Positions 51,180 through 64,000 of a DNA stretch of 64,000 nucleotides are shown here, one piece after another (positions within the stretch are counted from its first letter, which is position 1; every line of letters starts with the position of its first letter). Location of the stretch: contig QPGO01000044.1 of NCBI GenBank assembly GCA_008632985.1, positions 62,001-126,000 on the forward strand. The letters run 5' to 3'. The translations under genes were made by a program, and so were the position numbers. The stretch is from Psammoneis japonica. Its lineage: Eukaryota. The notes under the pieces are model-generated. The model was not told the DNA's origin. It worked only from the letters and a program-made list of their open reading frames with translations, and searched no databases.

Positions 51180-52920
51180 TCTCTCAATGCAAATCATTTG
51201 AAAACATCACAAGAGTCACAATTGACATTTTGCAGGAGGAAAAACACCAAATTGTGCAGAAATGTGTGCAATGTCAGGCAAGAAGGTGATTGGAGCCACT
51301 GACTTGCGGGAACTCAATTGAAATGTCATCTGATCCAAGGCATTTTGTTGACATTTACATGGTGAAGAGCAACACCTTTGACAAGACAACATGTCAATTG
51401 ATTTCCGAGAAGTTGACATTTGCACATGGATGAGCATGCAGACTGCATGCATCCATTTGACATGAGGGATGCATGGCAATGAGCCACTGTCAAAGCCATT
51501 CTCCCAGGTGCTGGAGCAGAGACCAAGGAGGTTTGTGTGATGACAGACCAGCTGTGCACTGGACCAAAAGCATTGGCCAGTTGAAAAAGCCAAGTCATGG
51601 TGGACCAAGGTGGTTGTCCCAGAGCTCACCAAGATTGTGATTCGCCACCCACAGACTGCTTCTGCCAGTCTGCAGAAGTCCTTGCAGCACCAGTGGCAGC
51701 ATGTCCAGTGCACAGTTGAAGATGCAGAGTGCGCAACACAGCAGAACTTTGTGCCAGAGTGCCAGCCGGTGAGAACTTGGCAGGCAACAACCCAAGACCA
51801 GCCCCATCTGCCCTTCCAATCAAATTTTTGGGACTGTCCATCCCTTGTCCAATGGAGTCTGCTGCTCAAAACTGTGAAGCAAGCACTCTCACATGCTCAC
51901 ATGTGATCAACTCACATTGCGGCTGCTCTCAATTCTCTTCCACAGTCCACAAGGACACCGCATGCAAAGTGAAACAAGAAGCAGCTAAACAGAAAGACAA
52001 AGTGCACAAGGAGACCCCAAAATGATCCTGATGACTCCACCCAACCTCAAGGCCAGAGCTGTCAAGTGCAGCACCAAGACTGGAGCATGGCTGCTGTCAG
52101 CACACCCATTGACACTGAACAGCACAGAACTCTCACACCAAGAGATGCATGAAGGGCTCTTCTTGCAGTGTGGTGGCACTTCTCTGGACCTTCCCGATTG
52201 CTGTGATGGATGCAGCTGCAAATTCTCCATCAACCATGCCCTTCAGTGCAACAAGAAGGGTGGTCCAGTCATCTCTCACAACATGACAAAGTGCGTGATG
52301 ACAACCCAGGCAACCCAATTGGAAAGGCTTGCAAGCCTTCCTGCGCACGCAACAAGAAACACCTCTTGTCAACCCCGCTGGTCTCATCTTGAGAAGCTCA
52401 AGTGCAACTTGCTCCAACAGTTCTCCAGTTGCCACAAACTCCAACAAGTCCAATGATGGTGATCGTGGAGACCTCCCAGCCAAGAGATTTTGGGGCAGAA
52501 AGACAGATGTGGTGCCACAGATGTTTGTGTTCTGGATGCAGACGTGAAGTCACACCTGTCCAAGACACCAGAGGGGGTTCCAGCAGACCACAAATGTGAG
52601 AAAAAGCACAAGTGCTGTCTCAAGCCCTGTCTTGAGTGACGTCATTGTTTTGCTCTTTTGCTTCCTTGTGCCACGCAACAGACTGTTTGGCAAAGAAGCC
52701 AGCAGCCAAGGCAGTGCTCAGCAAGATCTCATCAAAACTGGCCAGTGGGTGGCTGGGACCACATTCAGAAGCACACGGCTGCATCAATGCAAGGACAAGC
52801 ATCACAACAGTGTGGGAAACCCATTTTTGCCTTGGGGGGTCTCCCACCCCTTCATCCCAGGTCAGCTCCAGGTGTCCCCAGTGGGAAGGTGGCGCAGGTC
52901 TGTTCCTTTGCAGACATTGA
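51180..52920 (+). mobile_element. Decayed CRE-like non-LTR retrotransposon (RT remnants and RLE endonuclease)
   Basis: TGAWLLSAHPLTLNSTELS..LPDCCDGCSCKFSINHALQC.KKGG, RGDLPAKRFWGRKTD, ARTSITTV..THFCLGGS, PQWEGGAGLFL. Confidence 0.85.
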
Positions 52921-53446
52921 GGGACCTTAATTCAGCTGGGCTCCACTCATCAAGACAGAGCATTGACCTGCTGTCTACGGCAGAGACCACTGATGTCAAG
53001 CTGACAAGACCGCCAAACCCTCCTGCCAATGTGTTGGTTGCACCGGCACCAGAATCCATTCGAATTTCACATGCACAGACGGCGAAACTTGCAGGCAACA
53101 ACTGCCCCTTCTTACTCGCATGACTGCATTAGCTACATGTGCACACGCGCGGACGACAAAACGATTGTTGCAGGGCTGCAGTCAGACATAAATCCTTGGC
53201 TGCAGTCGCCTAGCTAGAGGCCAGTCACTCTCCATCGTGAGGAGGAGTCTATGCGTCGACCGCACCGCGCGAGCTTCGCACACCCGCCCCGGTCCGGAGG
53301 CGTGCGAATGGCGCGACACATACACGACACACGACCGAACAGCCTTACCGGTAACGGACGCATAGACTAACTCCTCACTGCCTGGAGAGTCGGTCAAACG
53401 TAAACGTTAACATACTGCATGCATAACGCAATAATCCAAAAGACTA

Positions 53447-54190
53447 ATGAGTAGTTGTTCTTTGAACCTCTTTCGTTTCATCAAGCTGCGATTCGCTGCA
53501 TCACTTTTGTTCTCGAGTGGCATTTTTGTGGATTGTTTTATGTTCAATACCTGCATGTCAAGGTCAATGCTTGCGAGAAATATCCTCCGGCCAATTGCAA
53601 CCAAACGCGCACCTCGTAGTGTCCGCCGTTGGGTGCAAACGTCAGAAAAGGGCGGCGAAATTTTCATTCACAACGAACAGGATGCACTTGTCGACTTGGA
53701 CATGACAAGACTCAAGGATACAGTTTCCCGCATTCGTTCCGAGCTGGGTTATGACCGATACAGTGTCACGCTCGTGTTGGTGGACGACGTTGAAATGCAA
53801 AAGGTCAATTTCGAAACCCGAAATGTGGACAGTCCGACAGACATTTTGTCGTTTCCTTTTCATCCATCCGTGACACCTGGTGTTTTGGTCGAACCGGAAT
53901 TTGAGAACATTCCTGATTTGTTCACCTTGGGTGACATGATGCTGGATGTGCCATATGTGATTCGGCGGTGTCGACAAGATGAAACAGAAAAGATTGAAGA
54001 TGACGATGAACGGGGCGTGTCGGGTGCCATGGCCCGTGTTTACAATCCAGAGACTCGTGTGCACATGCTCATGGTTCATGGCATGTTACATTTGGTAGGA
54101 TACGACCATATCGAGGACGAAGACTATGAGGTCATGGTGGCAAAGGAGGAAGAGCTCTTGGAGAAACTTGGTCTTCCCACACAGAGATAG
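53447..54190 (+). CDS. ybeY: YbeY endoribonuclease (rRNA maturation), probably organelle-targeted
   Basis: MQKVNFETRNVDSPTDILSFP, LGDMML and the metal-binding VHGMLHLVGYDH motif. N-terminal basic/Ser-rich extension; the exact start is uncertain. Confidence 0.93.
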   Translation: MSSCSLNLFRFIKLRFAASLLFSSGIFVDCFMFNTCMSRSMLARNILRPIATKRAPRSVRRWVQTSEKGGEIFIHNEQDALVDLDMTRLKDTVSRIRSELGYDRYSVTLVLVDDVEMQKVNFETRNVDSPTDILSFPFHPSVTPGVLVEPEFENIPDLFTLGDMMLDVPYVIRRCRQDETEKIEDDDERGVSGAMARVYNPETRVHMLMVHGMLHLVGYDHIEDEDYEVMVAKEEELLEKLGLPTQR

Positions 54191-54511
54191 CTTGAGTAGT
54201 AGACTGTGTGGCAATGGTATTTTGGAAGCACGGTACAGACCCTGGTACGTTTGAGACGGCTACATTTAGTTCTAAGAATTCTTGCGTTGGTTTATCTAGA
54301 TTTCCGTCGATGTGATTTTATCCGAAAGGGTTTGGAAACAGCAAGTGCACGTACCGTACTTCGCAATCACTGACGACGGCTCGTAGAGGATATACCAGCA
54401 TCTATTACGCAGGTTCTCCAGCGTAGAACGAGGAACAAGGGCAGAAACCGCATTTCATAACTACTTTTGGTTACATTACACCAGACACTCACACACAAAG
54501 GATATTGGGTA

Positions 54512-56361
54512 CTAATATTTGTTCCAGAAGCCGGTGATATGACCATGAGCCTTTGCGCAACTATCTGCATACACGCCTTCATGAGGCTTCGGATGCTGAC
54601 GTGAGTCACGAATTAACATTTCAAAGCAAAAGTGTGAGCAAGCAAAGAAAAACCTAGTTACTGTGGGATCAACTATTGGATTGCTTGATAAAGGGTGATG
54701 CCAACTTACATGGTGTTGCGTCAAACAACGGTCTGTGTTAGTGAGTGGACGAATGTCAAACTTGAACTCATGAAAGCTTCCTTTCTTTGCGACCCAACGC
54801 TGACGAGAACTCGCTTTGTTACAGCGCCGAAGATGCATAGCGCTACGGCCGGTCAATTCCATGCACAAATTTGAACTCGAATGTTTAATCATGTCCCCTT
54901 TTCCTGATACAAATAGAAACTCCCACCGGTCCTTGACTTTCCTGCATTCGTCGATCTTTACACCATTTTTGCTTGTTTTGTACATGCAATAGAACCTTTC
55001 TTTGAATGACTCCTGCCACCAGTATCCTTTTTGCCAGTAAAGTCTCGATTTTGGAGAAGAAACAGAAGAAAAATGGAGTTAGTGTAATGGAAGCGAGACT
55101 GAGGCAAGTTGTGGCACTGCGTGTTGGCGCTTTTTACCTCAATCGATGTGACTTTCCCGATGGTGGTTTGGGCGTAGGTTTCTTCGTAGGCTTGTTAGTT
55201 GGTTTCATCGTGGGCTTCCTAGTTGGATTTTTTGTAGGGCCGGGAGTGATCGTAGGCGGCTTGTGTTTTTTCGCATCATAACAATAATCAATGCGTTTCT
55301 TGCCTCGACCCCTTTGAAAAAGTTTAGATTATTAGATAATGATACGGCTGGGCTCATAGTGACAAATTCACAGTGTCATTCAGTTCGCCTCACCTGCAAC
55401 CGGGAACTGGCTCAAATCCGTTGCGATGATAGCACTTTAAAGAGCCAGCACATTCCCCATCGTGGTCGCAGCTGCAGGAAAAATTGAAAGGTCAAAATGT
55501 TGGCGCCCCTTTTGTGATGCGGAAAAAACCCAAAAATTCAAAAATCAGTTGCAAATTCAGAAATCATTCTACTCACTCTCCTCGGCACAGTTTCAGAGGA
55601 AACCGGTTTGCAACCCACAATGCTTGTTTCTTCGTAGGTTGCGGGGTGGGAGGCGGCGTAGGCGGAGAGCGGTCCTTTCTATAGCAATAATCAATACCTT
55701 TGCCTCCAATTCCTCTGCGATTTTAAATAGCAAGGTATGAGATAGAAATTATGAGAGCATCATAGGTGTTCCATTGCTGCAAGCAGCGTATGAGACTTAC
55801 GTGCAACCAGGCACAGCTGAAACATTTTGAGAAGAGAAAAGTAATATTGTTATCTCAACTTTTCGACAAAGATATGAACAATCAAATTTCTATTTGCTTC
55901 TCACTTACGCTCATATGCATGGCGCTGAAAACATGAAAGTCCTTTCCCGCACTCTTTATCGCTATCACAGCTTTAAGAAAAAACACACATGTGCTAAACG
56001 TGAACGAAGAACGATGTGACAATCAATCCCAAGTCGAAACCCCATGCGGTACTTACTCTCCTTGACAACGACCAAGAGGAAACCTATTTGCCGGTTTACC
56101 GTTGTTCCATCCTCGGTAAAAAAGAGGTTTGGAATTAGTTCTTCGTCGCTGGAGGGGTGCGGGTGAAAAGTTCGTCAACGTAACTGCACTATTAGAAAAT
56201 TCCTCGTCGAAATAAATCGAGCCGACACGACCCATCGCCGCAGAGCTATTGGAGAATTCCGTCGTTGGATTATTCACATCAGCATAACCGAACTCGCTTT
56301 GAGAAAGAAGAACCACTAGCCCAAACAAAATTTCCAGCGAAACATTCATAAAACACTTCAT
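54512..56361 (-). CDS. Secreted protein with two Cys-rich repeats, Pro/Thr/Lys linkers and a ricin-B-like C-terminal domain; exons 56361-56057, 55970-55909, 55816-55801, 55714-55577, 55471-55394, 55311-55138, 55043-54710, 54595-54512
   Basis: GT-AG splicing gives one frame: signal peptide, FPLGRCQGDCDSDKECGKGLSCFQR..PVPGC..DYCY, FPLKLCRGDCDHDGECAGSLKC..VPGC..DYCY, KPT repeats, RLYWQKGYWWQE, LCMEL..LRRC..QRW, CLTQHHHPK. Confidence 0.8.
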
Positions 56362-59338
56362 GATTTGTGGTCCTGCTGTAGTGAGCAGAAATAGACGTCA
56401 CACGCTCGTGAGAAAGAAACTCCTTGCCCAACCGACGCAAATTTTCCAATTGATTCGCTCTACGCATCGTGGTCTTACCTCTGTTGTATCTGAGGCAACA
56501 ACAATCATCGGTAATTTCGGTCTCTTTTGTGAGGCTGTTTTTGCGAGGCGTTGTTGAAATGATGTGATCCCTCTCTACTTGATATTGCGTTTTTCAGCAT
56601 CGGCTTGATTGTACAAGAGATAATCACATTAATTTATTCGAGTGTGGAGGTAAATATTTTTTCAAAATTTCAACACGTGGTTTCAAAATTTCAAAATTGT
56701 TGCATTCTCTGCCGGCGAAGTGAGCAAGGTGTTGCGGTGGCTGTCAAGATGGGAACACCAGCAGAGTGACTGGGTGCCACTTCTAATCATGCCATCTGAC
56801 CATGGAAACAAAGAGCAAGTTCTCTTTGCCAGCGAGAGAAAAGTGTCTCTCTGGGCGGAGTCGGCTGGGCTGGGTGAGGGGTTGAGAAACAAACTCATCA
56901 ACAGAGCAAAAAAAAAAAGTCTGCATCGTGGCCAATGTTCAGCACATGGAGCCAGACCACAGCACTGGATAGGGTGCAAAAGTTGCTTCTGGAAAGCAAG
57001 ATTACTTTGGGCCAAATGGCTTGGTTCCCTCTGTGTGTCATGGTCTTGCCTCTGCAGCATGACCAGAGGCAACAACAGCCGCCAGCAACTGCTGTCTCTG
57101 TTGCAAAGCTCTTTTTGTGGGAATTTTTGTTTTGAGCACTGCCATCATTGACCACAATGTTTTCCCTCTTTGCTTTGTTGGGTGAGTGTTTTGGGGCAAA
57201 GTGCTTGTTTCACAAGAAACCCCGTGCCAACACTTGGCTTCGAAACGGCAAAAATGTTGCGCTCTGCCTCAGCCAGCAAAGTGAGCAAGATGCTGTGGCA
57301 GCTGCCAAGATGAGAACAACAGTGGAGTGGCTGGGCTGCTTCTGTTTGTGTCATCTGAACATGGACATGACAGCACTTGAGAGCAGGGCTTCGTCCTCAT
57401 TCTCCCGCCATGAACTGTGTGGTGGCTCGCAAATCAAGCGTGTGCACATCAACTGGTGCCTGAACCATCAAGAGGTGGTTTGCATGCCAAAAACAAGCCA
57501 ATGGATGATGGGCAAAGATTCAAAAGACAGCAGGACAATGTGCCCGCAACAGTGCTGCATCAGTTGTCACCAAATCAGCTGATGCAGCAACATCTGTTTG
57601 GCATGATGCGTGCTTCATTTCAGTGGCTTGTTTGATTTTTAAAGTGTCCCTTGCTGCTGCCATCTCATTCATTGCAAGCCCATTTTTCTGCTCCTGAAAG
57701 TTGGCATTGCTGCACATGTCCTTGTCCTGAGCCACACATGATTTTCTGGTGCTGCAGAGTCTTGGTGGTGCTGATTCTGTGCAGCGAACTTCTGAGTGGT
57801 TCAACATCAAGTTCTGGCACTGGGCCTGCTTTGTGGTGCTTTCTGCAGGAGGAGCAATTTGCTGCCAATTGCCATTGTGGCAATTTTGACAGCAACCGTG
57901 CTCCACACACAAGTGCCCCCCAACCAGCACATGGCAAAATTGGGGTGATGGCTTTTTGCCTCTGTCAACAGGTTGGTTGCATGTGAGCACTGCTTCATTT
58001 CGTCAGTGGCAAGTTTCGTGTGCTGCAAAAGTGCCAAGCCGCTGCTGAGTGGTTCAATTTTTTGCCCGAGTGGCGTCAGTTGTGCATGATTTGTTGTGCA
58101 CACAGCACCAGCTTGTCACACACAGGCATGTGTGCTTTCAGCTCCATGCACCATCATGCACATGATGTGGCTTTGCTCTCAAGCCACACAGCTCACAAGA
58201 GTGATGGCACAGCACTGATTTCATGATGCACAACTTTGGCCCCTGCAACAGCAGTCTTTGCATGGAGACTCATCTGTCACACAAAGACAGCAGCAAGAGG
58301 CCATTGTTTTTCTTGAGCTGGCTTTTCTTCATCACTTTCTGTCAGGTTGACAGTTTTGCTCATTGTTTGGCCAATTTTGCACTTCAGCATCACATCATCA
58401 TTTTTTGACAAGAATGTCCCCTGCATTGGTGGAAGTGTGCTCAGGATTGCCTCATTGCTGGAAATGCCAATTGCACCCTCATTGCCAGGTGCATTTGCTT
58501 CATCTGGAATTCCTGGCTTTCCCAATGTTTGAGGTCCTGAACTCCCTCTCGCTGTTCCTGCTCAGGGGAGTTGCCAGACAGACCAGCCTGCCCAACTCAG
58601 GCTTTTGTGCTCCCGGTGCATTTTGCATGCATGCATGGCATGCATGCACCCCGACTCTGGCCCTGCCACATGCATGCTGGCTGAGTCTGCTGCTCCATGT
58701 CTGCGCTTGACTGCTGATCCTTCTGCAACTCTGCAAGGTCCATGAGGGCAACTGCAAGAGAAAGCAGCCATGACTGCAGTCTGCACTGGAGTTTGGAGGC
58801 AAACTTCCCATGTTTGTTTGTTTGTCCTCAGGCGTCTGTTTGGGCCATCCAACCAATGTAAAATGACAAAGGTTTGGGGAAGTTGCACACCTGCTGTGAG
58901 CTTGCTTGCAGGGGTTCTAACTTGGCACCCTGCTGGCAAGCAACCCAGCAGGCTCAGATGTGCCAGCACAACTCCTCTGCAGACTGGACAGCAAGCTTGG
59001 CACTCAACTGCAAGTGGGATGGCAAAGCCCAGTGGCTTTTGATTTGCAACACAGCTCAAGATCTCAAGTCAGGTCAAGTTTTTCTTCCAGCTTCTGGCCC
59101 AAGCTCCAGCACTTTCTCTTGCCACTGTGGCTCTTGTCTGGCAGCAGCAGACCAACGGCAGGTCTGACTCACACAAGGATTCACCAACATTCAAATTCAG
59201 CCAGATTGATGCTCTCATGTGTGCCAATGGTGCCAATCAACCCTCAGCCAGCACCACATGGTTGTGAAAGCCTCCCAGCAGATTTGATCAGCTTCTGCCA
59301 GCAACAGCCTCACTCTGTTCATGCATGAAGAATTTTGT

Positions 59339-59404
59339 GAGGACTGCCTTGGCCCTGATTGCATGGAGAATTCCATGAGGACTGCCTTGGTCCTGATTGC
59401 ATGG
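59339..59404. repeat. Short tandem duplication with 38-bp period
   Basis: gaggactgccttgg(c/t)cctgattgcatgg occurs twice. Confidence 0.8.
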
Positions 59405-59649
59405 CATCCCTCTCTTCTTTGGGCACAGCTCCATCCACTCTGATGCCTGGCTTGACACCACCCAAGCTGAGCAATCCATTGTGTGACTTCAGACATGGCA
59501 TCAAACATGACCCAACCACTTTCACAACTGAGGTCATTCAGGGGGCACCAGTTGTTGCACTCTGCCATGACCATGCAGATGGTTTGGCTCTTGGATTGGC
59601 AGCACTTGGAAGAGCTGTTGTGGTGATGATGCCTTCACGTTCAAGCTGA

Positions 59650-60400
59650 ACTCATCATGCTCATCATGCACACCCTTCACCCTCAACCCCAACATTGATG
59701 TCCCTCAAGCCCCTCCACCTGTGCTGTTCTTGTTCCAACACCACCCCCCAGCCACAGGTGCCCACCCACCTCTCCTTGCATTGCTTGGCTCTTCAACACC
59801 AAGCCATCAAGGGTGTTGCTGGACAGCCACTCTGCCCTCCAACTTGGGGCAGGAGATGGAGTCATCAGTGCCAGCAAATCATCTTCCACCCAATTTGTTT
59901 TTGATTGCCAATTGGCATGTCATCTCTGTCATTCCTGTGTGCAAAGAGGGTGAGTGGGGTGCACAAATTGGAGTGCACGCCACATCTGCATGATCCCAGG
60001 CCCTGCTTTGAAGTTGCTGCTGCTCTGTGACAATTTGTCATGGTGGTCAGAAACTCCCGCACTTGTGCCACTCACAAACCTTCACAAGCCAATGATCCAG
60101 CTGCATTTTTCCACACAGTGCAAGATTTCATGTTCACTCTTGCAGTGCCCACATTTAACTGGGTGTCCAATTTCCCTTGCAACCAGCCCAATGTTTGGAT
60201 GGAAAACTGGAAATGATTTCATGGAATGCCTTTTTTGCCCTTTGTGCAATTTGCCAAATCACTGTGACAATGTTCCACTGACTGCTTGGATGAGGCTTCT
60301 GGGAGTGTCACAGACACAATGCAAGCAACATGCAGTGACTCCACTTGATTGACAAGGGGGTCTTCTTCAGGACAAAATGAAGCCTCTTGTTGCAGCGGTT
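59650..60400 (-). mobile_element. Possible LINE C-terminal remnant
   Basis: NQKQIGWKMI and a CxxC..E..LHC-like knuckle resemble the C-terminus of the LINE at 46300-46800. Heavily decayed. Confidence 0.4.
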
Positions 60401-61299
60401 GATGCACCAACAAGAGTCTTGGGGCCTGATTGTGCTTGGTGGGGCTGCTTGCCACACAGCATGTGCACACAATGTTGCTTCCTCCATTGTTCATGAAACA
60501 GTGCTGTGTTTTGACTTCATGGCAGCATCTTCTGCTTTAGAGAGCACACCACAATTCTTCAAGCTGTGGCAATTTCTAACCCAGTTCAACAGACTTGGCT
60601 GCTTTGGAGCACTCACCCCAGCAGTTGCCTCTTTGTGGCTTCCCCCCTTTTTTGCTTTTTTTGGCTTGTTGTCTTTGGTGCTTGGGTCTTGGATTCTTGC
60701 TCTCTGGTGCTGCATTGGGTGCAAGTGTCAACAATGAGTGGTGAGTTGTGTTTTTGCATTGTTTCACAGCACTTCTTGTGTGGCATGCCCACTTGACAAA
60801 CAAGTCTTGAGCAAAAATCAAAGCACACAGAACACAGGCATGACATTTTCTGCTGGTGCTGCATGTGTCCAGCACCAGCCAGACCCTGCACAAATGGGAG
60901 AAGAGATCTTGCTTTGAGTCCATGACATTTTCAGGGGCAACAAGCTCAAACTGATTTGCCAAGCTGCAATCCAGAAAATCAACAGATTTCCAAATGGAGA
61001 CAAGGATCACAATGAGAGCAAGAGCATTTTCAGAACAGTCCAGGAGAAAAAAGCATTGGTGGCATGCCAGGTGTGAAAAAAAGCATGAAGCTGGGTGGTT
61101 TTAGAGAATGGCACCATGTTGGCAATGTTCTCAAACTTGACTCCACTGCCACTGTGAGCTCCCATGCAACATCTCTGCTGCCCACAACACCCAGGACAAG
61201 TGACCCTCCTGCTGCCAACCTGGGGGCACCATGATCATGGCAAGTGAGCAAGCTGGTTGCCAAGTGATGGCCAAAGGCAAAAACCCCATGGAACCAGGG

Positions 61300-62390
61300 T
61301 GGTGGACCTCCCAGAAAGGTTCCCAAGAAAAGCAGATGTAACACTCCACTTGGCCATGGCATGCCAACCATGCAAGAGCAAATTGAGAGCCGGGACAATT
61401 TGAGGACAGCATTGAAGGCATCTTCAAGAGCAGAACAATTGCTGTCACCACCCTTGTTCTTTTGGTCAGGATCAAGGTTTGTGCTGATTTCAACAACACC
61501 GGCATTTTTCCATTGCAGCAAGACAATGACCAGCACATTGTGGACATGGTGCCAGAGTTGCGCGCATTCACTGATTGGGGAACTCGGTGGGTAAATTGCT
61601 GTTAATTGCATCTGAGTGTCCTGACCTTGTCGGATGTTGTTTCACCAGATGGCACAGCTCTTGACAAATTCAAAGTCAAAGGTCAACTCTCTCTTCTCAG
61701 CAGCCATTCCACCTTGAATCCCATTGAACAAACTTGCCCATCTGCCAGGGCCTGGAAACAGTGGCATCGTGCTTGTTCCCCATTCTGTCATGAAGACTTG
61801 CTGGAACTGCACCATCCATCAGGTCAGTGGGTGGTGCCGGCAACCAGGACGCACATGTCACATGTCTCACACAGCACATCATGAGTCTTCAAAAGACTGT
61901 TTGTGCACTCAAACAGGTTCTGTTTCTCAGACATTTCTGCTGCTCAATGGACACGCCAGATCAGCAACTGCATTGGAAACTGTCCCAGACCTGTCTCCTG
62001 CTGCATCCCCGGTGTGTTGGTGAGCACTGCCCATGCTGGACATTGGCAGATCAAGTCCCTGGGTGCTCAGGTCTGTTTGATGCCTGCTCCTTCAGTTCCC
62101 AATGATTTTTTGGCTGTGTTGAAATCTCTCCCCAGATGGGAGTCATTGCTGTTTGATGACTTGACTTTGCACCTGTTGGCGTTTGAGATTGCAGACTTGC
62201 TGGTTCATCATCGGGCCTCAGTGGGTGGCGATGGATTGGCTCTGAATTTTTGGGGCACATTTGGTTGGACACTCACAGTTGATGGGAATCCATTGGTTGA
62301 TTGTGCTGGACTGATGTTTGGTTTTCACCCATTGTCTCATTGCGCTGAAGTGCACAGACTTTTGTCCTTTCTCTGTTTCCTGTTTTGATT
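61300..62390 (+). mobile_element. Decayed RNase H-bearing LINE fragment
   Basis: VLTLSDVVSPDG..PSARAWKQW..GQW, LPRWESLL, GDG..GTFGWTL..CAG..SHCAEVHRLLS (start of RNase H). Confidence 0.7.
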
Positions 62391-64000
62391 GATGGAGTGT
62401 TGTTGCAGAACATTTGCCAAAGGTGCAGACATGCATGGTGACAACTCATCACCAGTTCGCAATGTCTCCAATTTTCAGGTGTCACGTTCATCAGAGGCCC
62501 GTTTCCATGAATTGTCTTGTGGTCTGACCAATGGACATTGTTGCAGATGGCGTTTGTGAGCACCCATACATGCATTTATTTGTGATTGAATTGTGGCCAT
62601 TTAAAACACGAATCACACCAATTTGCCACAAACAACAGTCGTGATTGAAAACAAACAAATGTCACACCAACCAATGGATGGGCAGCTTGTCAAACAGTGT
62701 GGGGAAAGCCACACAATGACAACATTTAAGTGGGTGGTCATTCATTGAGTGAATTCCTCTTGTGTGGCTTATGACTTTATAAGCTGCACAAGGGAAGTTT
62801 GTGAGCTGCATGACGCAATGATTCAACAACCTGCTTTGTGCAGCTCACAACTTTATGAGCTGCAAAGGGGAGTTCACAAGCTGCACAAAGCAATGCATTG
62901 TGTGCTGCATGATGACAATCGATCAATTGCTCAACTCTTTGTTTGCCACAGCGACATGCACGCAATTTTTTTTTTGGCATGCAGCAAAACGTGGCCACCA
63001 TCAACAACACAAAAATGGAACGTCACCGTTCCAAGTCATTGCAACAGATGGCACCCCCATGCCATGCAGGGTGATCGTCAATGCGGCAAGGTGCATTGTG
63101 ACAGCTTGGTTTGGTTTGTTGTTGCCTTGGCGTTGTTTTTTCACGTCTCATCTTACCTGCTGTCGTGTCGGCATTTCTTGCATGACAACAGGTGCGACCA
63201 ACCAACATTGACAGAAATGGCATCATCATTTTCAGCATCTCACTGGCAGAATCTGGTGGGATGGCAAACAAATTGGTGAGAATGCAACACAGTGCTGTTG
63301 TTCTGTTGCATCAGAGTGTCCTTTTTCCCATTTCACATTCCCTCAGCTTGCTCTTGCTCTTTGTGCTGCTGTTTTTTTTTCTTTTCAGTGCAAAACAACC
63401 ATCTTTTGCGGTGTTGGCAACATGAGCATCAGCAATGTCATGGACATCATGGACATCTCCATGCTTGCGTTCAGCTCCGATGATGCATCCATGGAGGAAG
63501 CCAATTTGGAGTCCGGCGTTGCTCCCTTGGCCTCCAGACAATTGAAGCACCCAAGAAATTGCAAAATAAAAAAAGAGTGAGCAAAGATGATGCCCTTCCT
63601 CAAAACAACACAGGAAAAGACCACATGACGGCTGCAACAGCCAATGCCAGATTTTGCCACCAAACCTTTTCCCACCAACAATGCCAATGCATTGCATGCC
63701 ACATTTTGCTCTGACAAGCACACCCATGAAAAGAGACAGGTGACGATGTTCAAGTCCCAGGTGACGCACAAAAGGACAATCAATTTTGAACACAAATTGT
63801 GCATCTGTCGTGTGTGGAGCAATTGCATGTAAAACACTTAAAGGGAGGAGTTTTTGCAGATGTTTAGAGTGTGAACATTTAATTGGTTTTTTCATTGGCA
63901 TGCAAGTCCTCATGGGACATGTGTCACAAACTCCCTCAGTGGACTCAATGCTGATTTCAAGATTGTGTGCCAGTGCATTGCATGCAGAGATTTGGATGTA

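Noticed and set aside
1..64000. Hundreds of overlapping 60-420 aa Cys/His/Met-rich ORFs (e.g. 22405-23673, 50255-51289, 46006-46881)
   Set aside because: Loss of TpA removes TAA and TAG stops in all frames. These ORFs are Tyr-poor, overlap on both strands and lie in decayed TEs, so they are not real genes.

Overview
Eukaryotic nuclear DNA, most likely from a diatom (inferred from the GT-AG introns, the gene families and the transposon types). Short intact gene islands alternate with long nested transposon graveyards. The intact genes are: a polysaccharide pyruvyl transferase, phosphoglycerate kinase (4 exons including a 5-nt micro-exon), three membrane-anchored sulfotransferases (two from a ~1.8-kb segmental duplication), YbeY, and an 8-exon secreted Cys-repeat/ricin-B-like protein. 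The decayed elements include two Ty1/copia, two Ngaro/DIRS-type tyrosine-recombinase retroelements, RNase H-bearing LINEs, CRE-like RLE retroposons, a Plavaka-like element and TTAA-flanked MITEs. Two observations stand out. (1) A ~3.2-kb element (38772-41945) has ~110-bp terminal inverted repeats and a TA duplication, yet its only gene is an intact 702-aa tyrosine recombinase, with no DDE transposase. (2) Repeat domains have lost both CpG and TpA, with both converted to TpG/CpA and sharp domain boundaries, which resembles a dual RIP-like hypermutation process. Most of the hundreds of short Cys/His-rich, Tyr-poor ORFs in the track are by-products of that decay. All calls were made by eye without database searches, and the boundaries of decayed elements are approximate.
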